Below, one piece after another: positions 21,302 through 31,456 of a DNA stretch of 64,000 nt. Source of the stretch: a virus. The stretch covers positions 32,001 through 96,000 of the IMG/VR virus record IMGVR_UViG_3300046744_000223, one strand, 5' to 3'. A program made the translations under genes and the position numbers. The notes under the pieces were generated by a model, which worked only from the letters and a program-made list of their open reading frames with translations, searched no databases and was not told the DNA's origin. Numbering within the stretch: position 1 is the first letter of the stretch; each line of letters starts with the position of its first letter.

Positions 21302-21736
21302 TTAAACAATAGATATATTACCTTGCTCTGAAACAAGAATTGTTATTTTTGTGTTTGCCCCACGGTCAGTTACCTTAACTACTAAATTTATGTTTACTCT
21401 ATTATTATCTTCGTTGGTAATTACTCGTATACTATCTATAATAATATATGGAAGCCAGAATTTAATATCATCTCGTAGTGAACTTTCCAAATCATCTGCT
21501 AAGTCTTCTGTCATTTGTTCAAATAACAATGAGTATACATCGGAACCAAATGTTGGTTGAAGATGACGTTCACCCTTTCTTGTTAAAATCAAGTTTTTAA
21601 GATTAGATATAGCCTGCTCTTCAGTTGTATATGATAGTTTAAATAATGGACTACCACCCAATGGTAACAAAACTCCAACTGCCTTATTCCTTTTTAAGTC
21701 TAAAGGATTGATACTAAATTCATTACGGGATGCCAT
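21302..21736 (-). CDS. Baseplate wedge/sheath initiator (gp25-like)
   Basis: NLKNLILTRKGER..PTFGS..LLFE motif. Confidence 0.88.
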   Translation of the reverse strand: MASRNEFSINPLDLKRNKAVGVLLPLGGSPLFKLSYTTEEQAISNLKNLILTRKGERHLQPTFGSDVYSLLFEQMTEDLADDLESSLRDDIKFWLPYIIIDSIRVITNEDNNRVNINLVVKVTDRGANTKITILVSEQGNISIV

Positions 21737-22218
21737 TAGCTACCCTTCTTATTATTTATATGTTTCATTAAACCTGAGTAGTCACGTGTTAGTGCGTCAA
21801 CTACCGCTTTACCTGCGTCAGTTTGTTGTAGCTGATTAGTTGGTATTGTTCTACCATCTGCGTTTTGTAACACTTGTGGTTGTTGACCCATACCACCAGC
21901 GAACGCCTGTGCTTGTGATGCATCAAACATACCACCACCAACTCCATTTGAATTAATACTTCTCCACTCACCACTATCAGCGGTTTCGTTTAACATATCA
22001 TTTAACGTTGCGTTGCCGGTAAATGATTTATTTATTTTAGTATTAGATTCAAATACGTGGTCTACATCAAGCGGGTCTTTCTCAACAACGTTTGGCTGTG
22101 ATTGCTTCATCTCTTTTATAATAGAAGCTCGTAAAGACTTCTCACGTTTAGAGACTTCCTTCTTTACCTCTTCTTTAATGATGAGTTGAATTGCCTTAAT
22201 TAGTTTCTTTGTATCCAT
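21736..22218 (-). CDS. Hypothetical phage protein
   Basis: 160-aa ORF coupled to the gp25-like gene. Confidence 0.6.
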   Translation of the reverse strand: MDTKKLIKAIQLIIKEEVKKEVSKREKSLRASIIKEMKQSQPNVVEKDPLDVDHVFESNTKINKSFTGNATLNDMLNETADSGEWRSINSNGVGGGMFDASQAQAFAGGMGQQPQVLQNADGRTIPTNQLQQTDAGKAVVDALTRDYSGLMKHINNKKGS

Positions 22219-22242
22219 GATAATAAATATGTTTATATATAA

Positions 22243-23241
22243 TTATTGTTTCATTAATGTTAACTGAGTTTTTACTTGAGTAATCGTAGATAACAATTGA
22301 GGACCACCGGCCGTTAGTGATGGGACTGGCCCACCAGTATTGGCAGCCGCAGTTAGTTGGGGTGCTAACTGTAATAGTGCATCGGTGATTGATTCCAACT
22401 GACTGAATATGACATCCATATCAGCTTTCCAATTGGACGTTGATACATTTACCGATTTAGCACCACTGATTAGAACTGAGTCTTTTTTTGAATTTAGAAC
22501 GAGTCGGTCCGAGTTTAATACTATTTGTGGTTTAGTATATAGAGATGTGGGTGTAACTCCTAACGTAAAGTTATTTGACGACTTAATTCCAACCTTTTGT
22601 TTAGAAGCTAAGTATATAGATGAGTCGTCATCATTGATATCTTCTATAACAAATTTATTATACCCATTTGAGTTACCAGCGCCATTACGAATAATAGTGA
22701 TTGGTGATTCGGGTGTAGTTGAGGTCCAAGATGGTTTAATCTTAGAATCTGAATTTTGTGGAGTATACCCAAATCGAATTGATTGGCCAAACCTACCCTC
22801 ATGTATAATATCACCTGAGTATGGTTGTAGTTGTGATAGGTCTGATACTATTTTGAACTCTTTATTCTTAGGGTCGGATTTAGAAGGGCCTGATGTGTTC
22901 GGAACTCCGGCTGAGGTAATATTATAATCACCACCAATCGTACTTCCTTCAAGTCTGGTTGCGTTTTCTAATATATTATTATTTACATTACCTTGTAATG
23001 AAACCGGATGTGAGTAATAAAATACAGTAGCACCACCACCCGTAGCAGATATGAAATCAGAAGGTGCTTTTTGTATACATACATACTCACCAACAACAGG
23101 AATAGTTTTACTAAGTATACTTAATGGCTTAGCTAAAATACGTTTACTTGTATTTGATTCTTTTAGAGAAGCTTGTATTGAGTAGGGTCCGTTGGGGTTA
23201 TCATCATCTAAATATACTTCTAATACTTGTGCATATTTCAT
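22243..23241 (-). CDS. Baseplate hub/central spike-like protein (gp5-like)
   Basis: OB-fold-like IPVVGEYV; GDIIHEGRFGQSIRFG; QIVLNSDRLVLNSK beta repeats. Confidence 0.65.
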   Translation of the reverse strand: MKYAQVLEVYLDDDNPNGPYSIQASLKESNTSKRILAKPLSILSKTIPVVGEYVCIQKAPSDFISATGGGATVFYYSHPVSLQGNVNNNILENATRLEGSTIGGDYNITSAGVPNTSGPSKSDPKNKEFKIVSDLSQLQPYSGDIIHEGRFGQSIRFGYTPQNSDSKIKPSWTSTTPESPITIIRNGAGNSNGYNKFVIEDINDDDSSIYLASKQKVGIKSSNNFTLGVTPTSLYTKPQIVLNSDRLVLNSKKDSVLISGAKSVNVSTSNWKADMDVIFSQLESITDALLQLAPQLTAAANTGGPVPSLTAGGPQLLSTITQVKTQLTLMKQ

Positions 23242-23600
23242 TCATCACCCCCATCGTCTTTAGGTAGGTCTTTCTCAACCTCATCAATAGCATCCATCAA
23301 TTGTCTCTTCTCCTCTGGTGATAATAACATACCACCATCTGAGCCTGAATTGTTGTCCTTCATCATACGTTGGACGATTGCTGCTAATTTAATTAAAGCA
23401 TCGTCATTACGAACTGATATATCTAAGTATTCTTTTATCAAAGGTACAACTACTGATGCATCACCCAAACTCTTAACCATTGGTTCGAGTTGAGCAATCA
23501 GTAGTTTGATTTGGCGGTCTTTCTTTTTTTGATTGGAATATATGTCTGACATAATATCCGAGAAAGACTTACCTTTAAATAATTCAGTATCCTTATCCAT
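23238..23600 (-). CDS. Hypothetical phage protein (helical)
   Basis: 120-aa ORF overlapping its neighbours. Confidence 0.6.
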   Translation of the reverse strand: MDKDTELFKGKSFSDIMSDIYSNQKKKDRQIKLLIAQLEPMVKSLGDASVVVPLIKEYLDISVRNDDALIKLAAIVQRMMKDNNSGSDGGMLLSPEEKRQLMDAIDEVEKDLPKDDGGDE

Positions 23601-24309
23601 TAAATTCCTCCACTCGATGTGTTACTGGTAATATATCACCTTTCATAAAATCGATATATAGTTCTTTGTATATAACCTTCATCTTACCTACCACACGTGT
23701 GATGTATTGAGTCTGAACTCCAGTTCTCTCCCTAATAAGTATATAGAGAGCCTTTTTATTGTAAGAATATAGGTTATCACGTGTTCTAAATAATTCAGTA
23801 AGCGAATCTGCTATCTTTTGGTCCCGTTCTTTATTGAATATTGTAAGAATATTACTATCCATGTACATTACATAGTAATCCATGAAATCTTTTAGAGCTT
23901 CCATTTGTCGTTTATCGAATACCTCATTTACAATATCACGTGACGAGTCTATGACTTCAACACCATCTCTCATTTTCATACGAGCATAATTAGCATTGTT
24001 TTCATTGAACAAATAGTTACGTGCTATTACAGTAAAGTATGAGAACGCTCTACCATTGTCTCCATTGAACTTATGAATCTTCTCATTTAAGAATGCTACT
24101 ACATTTGCTTTAACATCTTCGTATGGAACTTCAAAATAATAAGTCTTGTAAGTATGTATTACATTCTCTGCAAGTTTATCAAATGGGTAATGAATAAACC
24201 GATTGTATATTTTATTCTTTAGTCGCTGGTCATCACAATTGTTATATGCGTTGATTGCAATCTCATTTATTTTATTAAAATATCTTTTATTCTTCCTCTT
24301 TCGACCCAT
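23593..24309 (-). CDS. Phage sigma factor, gp55-like (late transcription)
   Basis: Sigma region-2-like KIHKFN...AFSYFTVIARNYL; basic N-terminus with YF. Confidence 0.65.
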   Translation of the reverse strand: MGRKRKNKRYFNKINEIAINAYNNCDDQRLKNKIYNRFIHYPFDKLAENVIHTYKTYYFEVPYEDVKANVVAFLNEKIHKFNGDNGRAFSYFTVIARNYLFNENNANYARMKMRDGVEVIDSSRDIVNEVFDKRQMEALKDFMDYYVMYMDSNILTIFNKERDQKIADSLTELFRTRDNLYSYNKKALYILIRERTGVQTQYITRVVGKMKVIYKELYIDFMKGDILPVTHRVEEFNG

Positions 24310-24568
24310 AGTACTTTTCTAATTGTTCAATTACTTCATACAAATTCTTAAAGATAAATCCAGTCTCATCATCTGCTTCAAAAGAACCTAACTTATCAAT
24401 CTCTTTCATCTTAGCCATAGAATCATCAATTCTATTTGCGGTGTCTGATATTACTATCTCCTGCTCTTCCACAACATCTTCGTATGCTTCGTTCTTACGA
24501 AGAAGGTTTATCGTACTAAATAAAAATACGATTGTTGTTATTGATAATATAATAATTGTTATAATCAT
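24287..24568 (-). CDS. Small membrane-anchored coiled-coil protein
   Basis: N-terminal hydrophobic helix. Confidence 0.6.
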   Translation of the reverse strand: MIITIIILSITTIVFLFSTINLLRKNEAYEDVVEEQEIVISDTANRIDDSMAKMKEIDKLGSFEADDETGFIFKNLYEVIEQLEKYYGSKEEE

Positions 24569-24569
24569 A

Positions 24570-25349
24570 TTACTCCTCTATAATTCCTTTAAATGCGTCG
24601 AATACACTTTTAGTATCAGTATTACTATTAGTAAAAGCGTCACCTAAATTCCCCTTCTTAGGTCTACCAATAGTTGACTTCCGTGTAGACTTTATTGGAT
24701 TCATTTCTTTCATCCATCTCTCATTCTCGTATCTTGCAGCGAATAAGTCAGCGGTATGCATTACGTATGGCATCGATGTTTTTAATGCGTCATCTTTATT
24801 GTACTTGATAAAATACTCTTTGTTATTCTCGTCATACAATCCATCAGTAAGTTTAATACCAATCCATTCTTCTTGGGTACATTGAATACCAAAGTAGTTT
24901 AGTAGATAGAATGTTCTATCGTTTAGATTCATCCAATGGATGTCTGAATTTGTTTTATAAATCTTACCTTGATTCTTTATATGCCATTCGGAATCATTCT
25001 TAACATAGTAATCCAACTCAGGCGTACCCAACTTACCAAGGTCGTGGTGTAGTGCTGTGAATATTAGACTCTCTCTACTATAATCACCAACACCACCCAA
25101 CTCAGAATAAAGGTCGTATACTTTTAAAGCATTACGCGTTACCCTAAGAACGTGGTCGATGTATCCACCTGGAAATGCATTGTGGTAATGTTCTACCGAA
25201 GATGCTGGTGTATAAATCATACGTTCTTCGAAGTGGTCGTACATTTTATTAAGTGCTTCTAATCGGTCACCTTCAAATGTTTTGTTAATTAGTTTACGGA
25301 ACTTCTCGTAGTTCTCTACGAGTTCTTCTGCTGTGAAAAAGTCTAACAT
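24570..25349 (-). CDS. HD-domain phosphohydrolase (YhaM-like)
   Basis: PASS..HYHNAFPGGYIDHVL and ALHHDLGK. Confidence 0.85.
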   Translation of the reverse strand: MLDFFTAEELVENYEKFRKLINKTFEGDRLEALNKMYDHFEERMIYTPASSVEHYHNAFPGGYIDHVLRVTRNALKVYDLYSELGGVGDYSRESLIFTALHHDLGKLGTPELDYYVKNDSEWHIKNQGKIYKTNSDIHWMNLNDRTFYLLNYFGIQCTQEEWIGIKLTDGLYDENNKEYFIKYNKDDALKTSMPYVMHTADLFAARYENERWMKEMNPIKSTRKSTIGRPKKGNLGDAFTNSNTDTKSVFDAFKGIIEE

Positions 25350-25355
25350 ATTATT

Positions 25356-25985
25356 TTAAATTATTTTATCGATGATACCACACTCAAGTGCTTTTTCTGC
25401 TGACATAAAGTAGTCTGAAGAAGATATACCTTCCCAATACTCTTTGTCCATTTTAGAATTTTCAGCCATAAGTTGATTACAATCATTCTCTAACTCTTCA
25501 GAGAATCGTGCGTTTGATTTAACATCACTCAACTTACCTACTGCGACTGTTGATAATTGATGTACCATAATCTTAGAGTGTTTAGATGCAGCCCGTAGAC
25601 CAGTACCACAAGTAAGTAGAAGTGCTGCTGCTGACATAGCTGACCCTCTTACAATGATATTAAACTTAATACCTTGAGCTTCTTGAGACTTCATGTAATC
25701 TATCAAAGCTAAAGTTTCGATTACATCCCCACCAGGAGAGTTGAGTAATATATTAATAGTATTGATATCACCATTTATCTTCAGAAGTAATCTGACCTTA
25801 GATACAATGTCAAATGTTAACCCACTTGATATTTCATCTTGTATTAAGATAACATTGTCCGTGGTGTCTATACCATAATCGAATTCACGATAAAAACTTC
25901 TATGGTCATCTTTAGAGTTATCCGTATCATGATAACTTAAACTAACTCCAGCAGAGGTTGGTGTTGTGTTGTATAGTTCATCCAT
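25356..25985 (-). CDS. clpP: ClpP-like protease
   Basis: LNSPGGDV, AMSAAALL (catalytic Ser), IMVHQ (His), DYFMSAEKALECGIIDKI. Confidence 0.88.
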   Translation of the reverse strand: MDELYNTTPTSAGVSLSYHDTDNSKDDHRSFYREFDYGIDTTDNVILIQDEISSGLTFDIVSKVRLLLKINGDINTINILLNSPGGDVIETLALIDYMKSQEAQGIKFNIIVRGSAMSAAALLLTCGTGLRAASKHSKIMVHQLSTVAVGKLSDVKSNARFSEELENDCNQLMAENSKMDKEYWEGISSSDYFMSAEKALECGIIDKII

Positions 25986-26043
25986 TAGTTTATAACTTGT
26001 TTATTTATATACAATATACAAAAAAATATTGACATACACAAAT

Positions 26044-27075
26044 TTATTTAGTAGATGCGTTTTTGTATATATGTTTAGTCTTTGAATTAGATTTACGATT
26101 CTCACCATATAATTTTCTAGCATCATCATCCGTTGGGATAAATGTTACATCTTCCTTTTCAATTGGTTCAGTCTTTGGTACAACTGGTACTTTGGTAAGT
26201 TCTGGCACAATAACATCATCGATAACTTCGTCTGACTCTTCCTCTTCAGAGATTGGTAGTTTTACATCAGTAGGTTTAGATGTTAACTTGTTTAATGCTA
26301 TTACCATTGAAATAGCAAGTGGGTCAAATACAAATACTATAAGTAATGTAAACCAATTAACAATCACATTCATAGGTCGGCCGGTGATTTCGGACATATA
26401 TCTCAATGGCCCAACTTCGGCGGCTACTTCGTTATTAGATTCTAAATCCAATACTTTTAAATCGAGTGATGTAATTGAATCGGTCAATACCTCAATTTTT
26501 ATTGATATACCATCACGTGATTCAACTGCTGATGTTAATTGACGTTCCAAAGCTCTACGTTGAGATGATGACGTTGTTGTTATAATCTGACCAGTTTCTT
26601 TGTCACGATATTGTACTACATTATTAGATAGCCCATTACGTAGTTCCGTAATTGATTCCGATAACTGATTCTTTTCTATATTAAAGTAATCCAATTGTTC
26701 TTGGAATCTTCCCTTCTTTAAATCAATTACTTGAACTTGTTTATCCAACACACCTAATTGGTCAGCAGTCTTTTGATATGCTGATGTTAAGAATCCATAG
26801 ATACCTGCTGAGGTGATTACCATTAATACACCAACTGCTAAGGTAAGATACCACTTCATCCAACCAGCAGTCTTCCAATTGTTATGTAAGTATGATGCTA
26901 TTATAAGTTTAGAAAATTCTAATGAACCAGCCATTATTATTACCTCAGTTCTAGCACCAGCAAACAGTGAACTTAATCCAAATACTGAATAATATGCAGC
27001 TGAAATAGCTAACCCTAATGTACTGATAGTCATTAGGAGTATGAACATATTCTTCCTATTAAAAAGTTTTTTCAT
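26044..27075 (-). CDS. Membrane protein with long coiled coil
   Basis: Three N-terminal TM helices, a coiled coil and a C-terminal TM (VFVFDPLAI). Confidence 0.7.
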   Translation of the reverse strand: MKKLFNRKNMFILLMTISTLGLAISAAYYSVFGLSSLFAGARTEVIIMAGSLEFSKLIIASYLHNNWKTAGWMKWYLTLAVGVLMVITSAGIYGFLTSAYQKTADQLGVLDKQVQVIDLKKGRFQEQLDYFNIEKNQLSESITELRNGLSNNVVQYRDKETGQIITTTSSSQRRALERQLTSAVESRDGISIKIEVLTDSITSLDLKVLDLESNNEVAAEVGPLRYMSEITGRPMNVIVNWFTLLIVFVFDPLAISMVIALNKLTSKPTDVKLPISEEEESDEVIDDVIVPELTKVPVVPKTEPIEKEDVTFIPTDDDARKLYGENRKSNSKTKHIYKNASTK

Positions 27076-27212
27076 TTATTTTTCCACAAATTGGTTTTAC
27101 TAACTTCAGGAGTTGTACTTATTATTAAACTACGTTTTCGCTAAGCAGCTCAAGCCAAGTTAACCACCTGATAGGTATAAATATCAGGAAAATAATTAAT
27201 AAATTAATTAAA

Positions 27213-28142
27213 TCAAGCTTTCCCCATACTATGCCCTTTTGGATGTGTACCAAAATTGGAAAGATAATCTAACACAGTCAACTCCTTCATCTTAGCCTCG
27301 ACCTCAATGTCTAAAGAATGACCATATGTATTGATTTCAGAATAGATAAAATCAGAATGTGCTTGTGCTTTTACACCTTCTTGTTCCAATAGACGTGATT
27401 CAGAGTAATGGACTAAGGGTTTGTAGTCACCCCACGTTGACATAGCTAACTCAAGTGCTTCTTGTTCAGACAACCCACCGGTATTGAATTTGTGGTGGTG
27501 ATAGTCAAACGTAATCGGAATACCAATATGTTCGTGTAGATACATAAGGTCTTTGACTGAGTACATACTTGCTTTGTCATCGTTCTCAACAACCAATCGT
27601 GATTGGACTGACTCAGGCAATCTCTTGAAGTTCTTGATGAATCTATTCATAGCAGACATCTTATCACCATAGACACCATTACAATGGATGTTAATGGGGT
27701 TCTGATGACTTCTCTCTAACCCCATAAGGTCAAAGTGTTCTCCGTGGATTGAAAGGTCTCTAATCGTATTATCTACAACTCTATCGTTAGGTGACACCAA
27801 GACATTGAATGGGCCAGGATGTGAAGTGATACGTTGACCATACGACTTAGCTAAAGTACCTGCACCCTTGAGTACATTACTAAACTTAGTATAGTCTGGC
27901 ATATCTGATAACTTGAACTCACTAGCCCATGGAACTAAGTCAGACGACATACGGAATAGTTTGAAACCATTACGTTCGTTCCATTTGATAATCTCTACAA
28001 GGTCTTTAGCATTTTGTAATGCAAGGTCTGATGACCTACTGATACCTTCTTTAAGGAATGTTTTTTTAATCATACTACGATTGGTAGTAATCTTGTCCTT
28101 ACGAAGGGTCATGTTGATACAGCAATATCCGAGGTTTGTCAT
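27213..28142 (-). CDS. uvsE: UV damage endonuclease UvsE/UVDE
   Basis: LGYCCIN, FRMSSD, HPGPF, VENDDK, FDYHHH, VHYSES, AHSD, EAKMKE; start moved to ATG 28142, downstream of the promoter. Confidence 0.93.
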   Translation of the reverse strand: MTNLGYCCINMTLRKDKITTNRSMIKKTFLKEGISRSSDLALQNAKDLVEIIKWNERNGFKLFRMSSDLVPWASEFKLSDMPDYTKFSNVLKGAGTLAKSYGQRITSHPGPFNVLVSPNDRVVDNTIRDLSIHGEHFDLMGLERSHQNPINIHCNGVYGDKMSAMNRFIKNFKRLPESVQSRLVVENDDKASMYSVKDLMYLHEHIGIPITFDYHHHKFNTGGLSEQEALELAMSTWGDYKPLVHYSESRLLEQEGVKAQAHSDFIYSEINTYGHSLDIEVEAKMKELTVLDYLSNFGTHPKGHSMGKA

Positions 28143-28170
28143 ATGTTTCTTATTTACTATGTAAATGTAC

Positions 28171-28199
28171 AAAAAAAAAGGGGACTATACAAGCCCCCT
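28171..28199 (-). terminator. Rho-independent terminator overlapping the uvsE promoter
   Basis: AGGGGGCT-TGTAT-AGTCCCCT followed by a T run. Confidence 0.8.
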
Positions 28200-28200
28200 A

Positions 28201-28217
28201 TGTTAAATTTATGTTAA
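28201..28217 (-). promoter_or_regulatory. TTAACA-N5-TTAACA box (uvsE)
   Basis: 7 bp upstream of -33 CTTG. Confidence 0.7.
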
Positions 28218-28406
28218 TTCTTCAAAGTCAATTGAAGGAATTTCCTCACAAAACCAATAGTATCCATCTCTTTTTAAAACAGTATCAGCGTTAAGGTGTT
28301 CCTTCCATACATCAATTATCGGATTTCGGTCAATTTTAATCTTTTTAACCACGATGAACAACTTATCATTAAACGTAACTTTTTGCGACCTGAAGAATCT
28401 ATACAC
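28209..28406 (-). CDS. Hypothetical protein
   Basis: 65-aa ORF coupled to hsp20. Confidence 0.55.
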   Translation of the reverse strand: MYRFFRSQKVTFNDKLFIVVKKIKIDRNPIIDVWKEHLNADTVLKRDGYYWFCEEIPSIDFEELT

Positions 28407-28750
28407 TATTTAACTTTTACTTTTATCGATTTAGCCTTACGGTCCTCATACTTAGGTATTGATACAATAAGTAACCCATCCTTAGCAACAGCAGATGTTT
28501 TATTTATATCAAACGCATCATGTATCTTGTATCTCTTTTCCAATTTACGATGTTCCTTTTCAGCTTTGATTTCAATCATTCGGTCAGCAACAATAACATC
28601 GATGTCTTCATTGGACAATCCAGGCACTGCGAATTCCATAGTTAGTACATCATCTTTTAAAAAAGCAGTATTTGAATTAAGGCCTGCTTCATTCCCCCAC
28701 TCCCCCAACATAAAGTCGGAGACCATTGTGTTTAGTCTATTAAACGTCAT
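28406..28750 (-). CDS. Small heat-shock protein (Hsp20/alpha-crystallin)
   Basis: AVPGLSNEDIDV and A..KDGLLIVSIPK. Confidence 0.88.
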   Translation of the reverse strand: MTFNRLNTMVSDFMLGEWGNEAGLNSNTAFLKDDVLTMEFAVPGLSNEDIDVIVADRMIEIKAEKEHRKLEKRYKIHDAFDINKTSAVAKDGLLIVSIPKYEDRKAKSIKVKVK

Positions 28751-28830
28751 ATTATATTCCTTTTATTAATTTATTAATACATTAACAATAGAACAATATG
28801 TAGACCAATTGATTATTTCATGACACGATG

Positions 28831-29190
28831 TCAGTTTACCGATAGTGGTTGTGACATTCCTATACATTTATAGAAATAAGTGTCACCTTTTTTCTTATCA
28901 AACGTCAATATATAACCATCCATTTGAAACGTGCTTATTGTTTTCATAGCTATATCATAGTCATTACACGTTAAAAGAAAATGTGTATCGGTAATAACTA
29001 CATCAATAGACGTAGCTGATGTATGTTCATCGTCAATGTCAAATTCATCGTCAACCTCAAACTCAAAAAGAACGTCATCCGATATATTAAAGTAATCGTA
29101 TACGTATTCTAATTTGGCTACAACCCCAAGTGACATAAAGAAGTTATATTCAGATTCATCCCAATGCCATTCTCCAAAATAATTTTCCAT
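28831..29190 (-). CDS. Hypothetical acidic protein
   Basis: ORF track; co-oriented. Confidence 0.55.
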   Translation of the reverse strand: MENYFGEWHWDESEYNFFMSLGVVAKLEYVYDYFNISDDVLFEFEVDDEFDIDDEHTSATSIDVVITDTHFLLTCNDYDIAMKTISTFQMDGYILTFDKKKGDTYFYKCIGMSQPLSVN

Positions 29191-29222
29191 AATAACACCA
29201 ATATCCCTTCCGTTTACTATAA

Positions 29223-29591
29223 CTATCTATTAATTGAGTTATGTATCTCATTTAATAAAATTAAAGCCTCTCGTGTTATTATATTTTTATCCCTAGCACA
29301 CTCTAAACAAATTTCAACAAATACCAAATCCATTGTTTGGTCCGCTATGTAAGACTCCAATCTAAGTAGACTCTTAATCATTTTGTTAGTGTAATCTACT
29401 GAGGGGGATTCGTCCGCAAAGGTAATGAGTTGTTTTATCTTTTGCTTAGCTATGGTGAAGTAAGGGTCTTTACGTTCCGTTAAGATTGTAGAGACCCCAT
29501 CATCTAAAAATAATGCTAATTCAGAAACATCTCCATGGTCAGTGGTATCCAACGTTGAAGTTAGTATCCTTGAAATTACATCATCACCCAC
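29223..29591 (-). CDS. Hypothetical protein
   Basis: ORF track; co-oriented. Confidence 0.5.
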   Translation of the reverse strand: MGDDVISRILTSTLDTTDHGDVSELALFLDDGVSTILTERKDPYFTIAKQKIKQLITFADESPSVDYTNKMIKSLLRLESYIADQTMDLVFVEICLECARDKNIITREALILLNEIHNSINR

Positions 29592-29600
29592 TTTTAAATT

Positions 29601-29900
29601 TTAGTTTAAAATACCTAACCGATATCGTTGTTGAGTCGAAGATATAGCAGTTTCCAATGTTTGAATAATCTTCGTTGCTTCCGACTTTGTTAATTCAATT
29701 TCATGGTTACCCACTATTAACGACCCAAGCTCCATACGATTTTTTATAGGAAAATCTTCCTTTGTTAAATCAGGATTAAAAGCGAAGTCTATTGAACTAT
29801 AATTTTTACCATAAGCTTTGGCCTGTCGAACGACCTCACTTTCTGTAACTCCATAAGATTGGTTTACAAACCCACGTTGTTTATTGTTGTGCTTTTTCAT
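29601..29900 (-). CDS. Hypothetical protein
   Basis: ORF with TATTTATA motif 23 nt upstream. Confidence 0.6.
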   Translation of the reverse strand: MKKHNNKQRGFVNQSYGVTESEVVRQAKAYGKNYSSIDFAFNPDLTKEDFPIKNRMELGSLIVGNHEIELTKSEATKIIQTLETAISSTQQRYRLGILN

Positions 29901-29951
29901 TATATAGAAATTGTTTATTTACTATAAATAGTTTTCACAACTTTAATAAAA

Positions 29952-30248
29952 TCACTTTCTGCGATTTCTACGAGAAACTCTATTAAACTTTTTCTCGTTA
30001 AAACTCATAGCACTTCGTATGGGGTGTGTTCTATTAATATTTTGCTTATACCTAACACACTCTGCTGCCCAAAACCATGCCATACTAACACTGTCTTGTG
30101 GTGGTATCATAAACTCTAAACCAATAGAACCACCATTTCCATTTGATATCGTAAAACGACCATCAGTGGTCATTTCAGTTTTAGCGGATGGGTACTTCTT
30201 TAAGACCTTACGTTTTAAAGATTTAAATTTCTTAACATCAATTACCAT
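29952..30248 (-). CDS. Hypothetical basic protein
   Basis: ORF track; overlaps the upstream gene. Confidence 0.55.
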   Translation of the reverse strand: MVIDVKKFKSLKRKVLKKYPSAKTEMTTDGRFTISNGNGGSIGLEFMIPPQDSVSMAWFWAAECVRYKQNINRTHPIRSAMSFNEKKFNRVSRRNRRK

Positions 30249-30450
30249 TATTAAATATCTTTGTAAGTGTACGACTTATGTGATACGTTGTCAACTCTTT
30301 GTTAACCGAACATGATTCAAGCGTCTTTCCATTTTCCAAATGTACTGAATAGACCCACCCCTTTTTAAGCTTTTTAGCAATCGTGACGGCACCAACTCGG
30401 TTAGTGCCGTTCACGTTTACTACTACATTATCACCTACTGAGTATATCAT
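30238..30450 (-). CDS. Hypothetical small protein (SH3/KOW-like)
   Basis: YSVGDNVVV...G.V...YSV pattern. Confidence 0.5.
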   Translation of the reverse strand: MIYSVGDNVVVNVNGTNRVGAVTIAKKLKKGWVYSVHLENGKTLESCSVNKELTTYHISRTLTKIFNNGN

Positions 30451-30647
30451 TGTATAACACTGATAATTTTAGTGTCAACGACAGCAGTTACCTCGAACTC
30501 TAAATTACTTCCTTCGAATTCAGCAACAACCTTAGTTTCAGCATCCGTTACAGATATGGCTTGAACTAAATATTGTTCAGTTACTTTTTTAACTCTTCCT
30601 TTGTCATCTTCATGATGAACCTTTACTTTTGCAATGTAATAACTCAT
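30447..30647 (-). CDS. DUF4494-like protein (Bacteroidota-type)
   Basis: KVK...GRVKKVTEQYLVQAISVTDAETKV. Confidence 0.7.
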   Translation of the reverse strand: MSYYIAKVKVHHEDDKGRVKKVTEQYLVQAISVTDAETKVVAEFEGSNLEFEVTAVVDTKIISVIQ

Positions 30648-30660
30648 AATTTACTTTTAT

Positions 30661-31290
30661 TTAATATTGATTATAATTATTGTTTAACATATCGTAGAGC
30701 TGAACCTCGTCTACTAACTCATACTGACCATTAGGGCCAGGATCATTATAATGAGTGAAAATTGTATGATAGAATTCAACGAACTCTTCACCATCGTGTT
30801 GTCTTCCAGCGGGGATAACAATGAACTCAAAGTTATCTCCATGGTCAACAAATTTTAATGCATCATCAGCACCAGTTACTCTAAATATTTCAGGTGAATA
30901 TTTTAAATCCATAATATAGTCTGTTTGACTATCTTCTCTATAATCCATATGACTTGCCATAGATTGAATATAGTCATTGAGTTCTACACCATCGTCAGTT
31001 GCTTCGTAAGCCAACTTACCATCCGCACGTAATACCATCCGTACCAACCCCTTGTCTGATAATTCAGATAATGCGTTATCAGTCTCCCACATTTCATATG
31101 TCCTAAAAGTTTTCATAAGAACATCGGACAATAAGTCATCGTCATTGGAATTGGACAAGTCATCTCTTAAATACTCAAGGAACTTCTCAATGTGTTCAAT
31201 ATTCATTAAATGAAAAAAATCGTCTTTATATAGTTGCTTTCTAACTTCGGAAAACAAATCTTCGAAGTCACCTTTATTGTCCCAATTCAT
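30661..31290 (-). CDS. Hypothetical acidic protein
   Basis: 209-aa ORF. Confidence 0.6.
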   Translation of the reverse strand: MNWDNKGDFEDLFSEVRKQLYKDDFFHLMNIEHIEKFLEYLRDDLSNSNDDDLLSDVLMKTFRTYEMWETDNALSELSDKGLVRMVLRADGKLAYEATDDGVELNDYIQSMASHMDYREDSQTDYIMDLKYSPEIFRVTGADDALKFVDHGDNFEFIVIPAGRQHDGEEFVEFYHTIFTHYNDPGPNGQYELVDEVQLYDMLNNNYNQY

Positions 31291-31456
31291 ACTCTCTTAT
31301 TATAGTTTGTAAATAAGCCATAGCTTCAGAATTACCCATTAACATATCTGCGTTTTTATATCTAAGTACAACCTCTTCAGTTCCATAGTCATAAACCATA
31401 CTCTGAAGTTTCTCCTTACTTGGTAATGTTTTTTTATTAAATCCCATACTAATCAA
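31274..31456 (-). CDS. Hypothetical protein
   Basis: MGFNKK.LP motif; overlaps its neighbours. Confidence 0.5.
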   Translation of the reverse strand: MISMGFNKKTLPSKEKLQSMVYDYGTEEVVLRYKNADMLMGNSEAMAYLQTIIREYELGQ

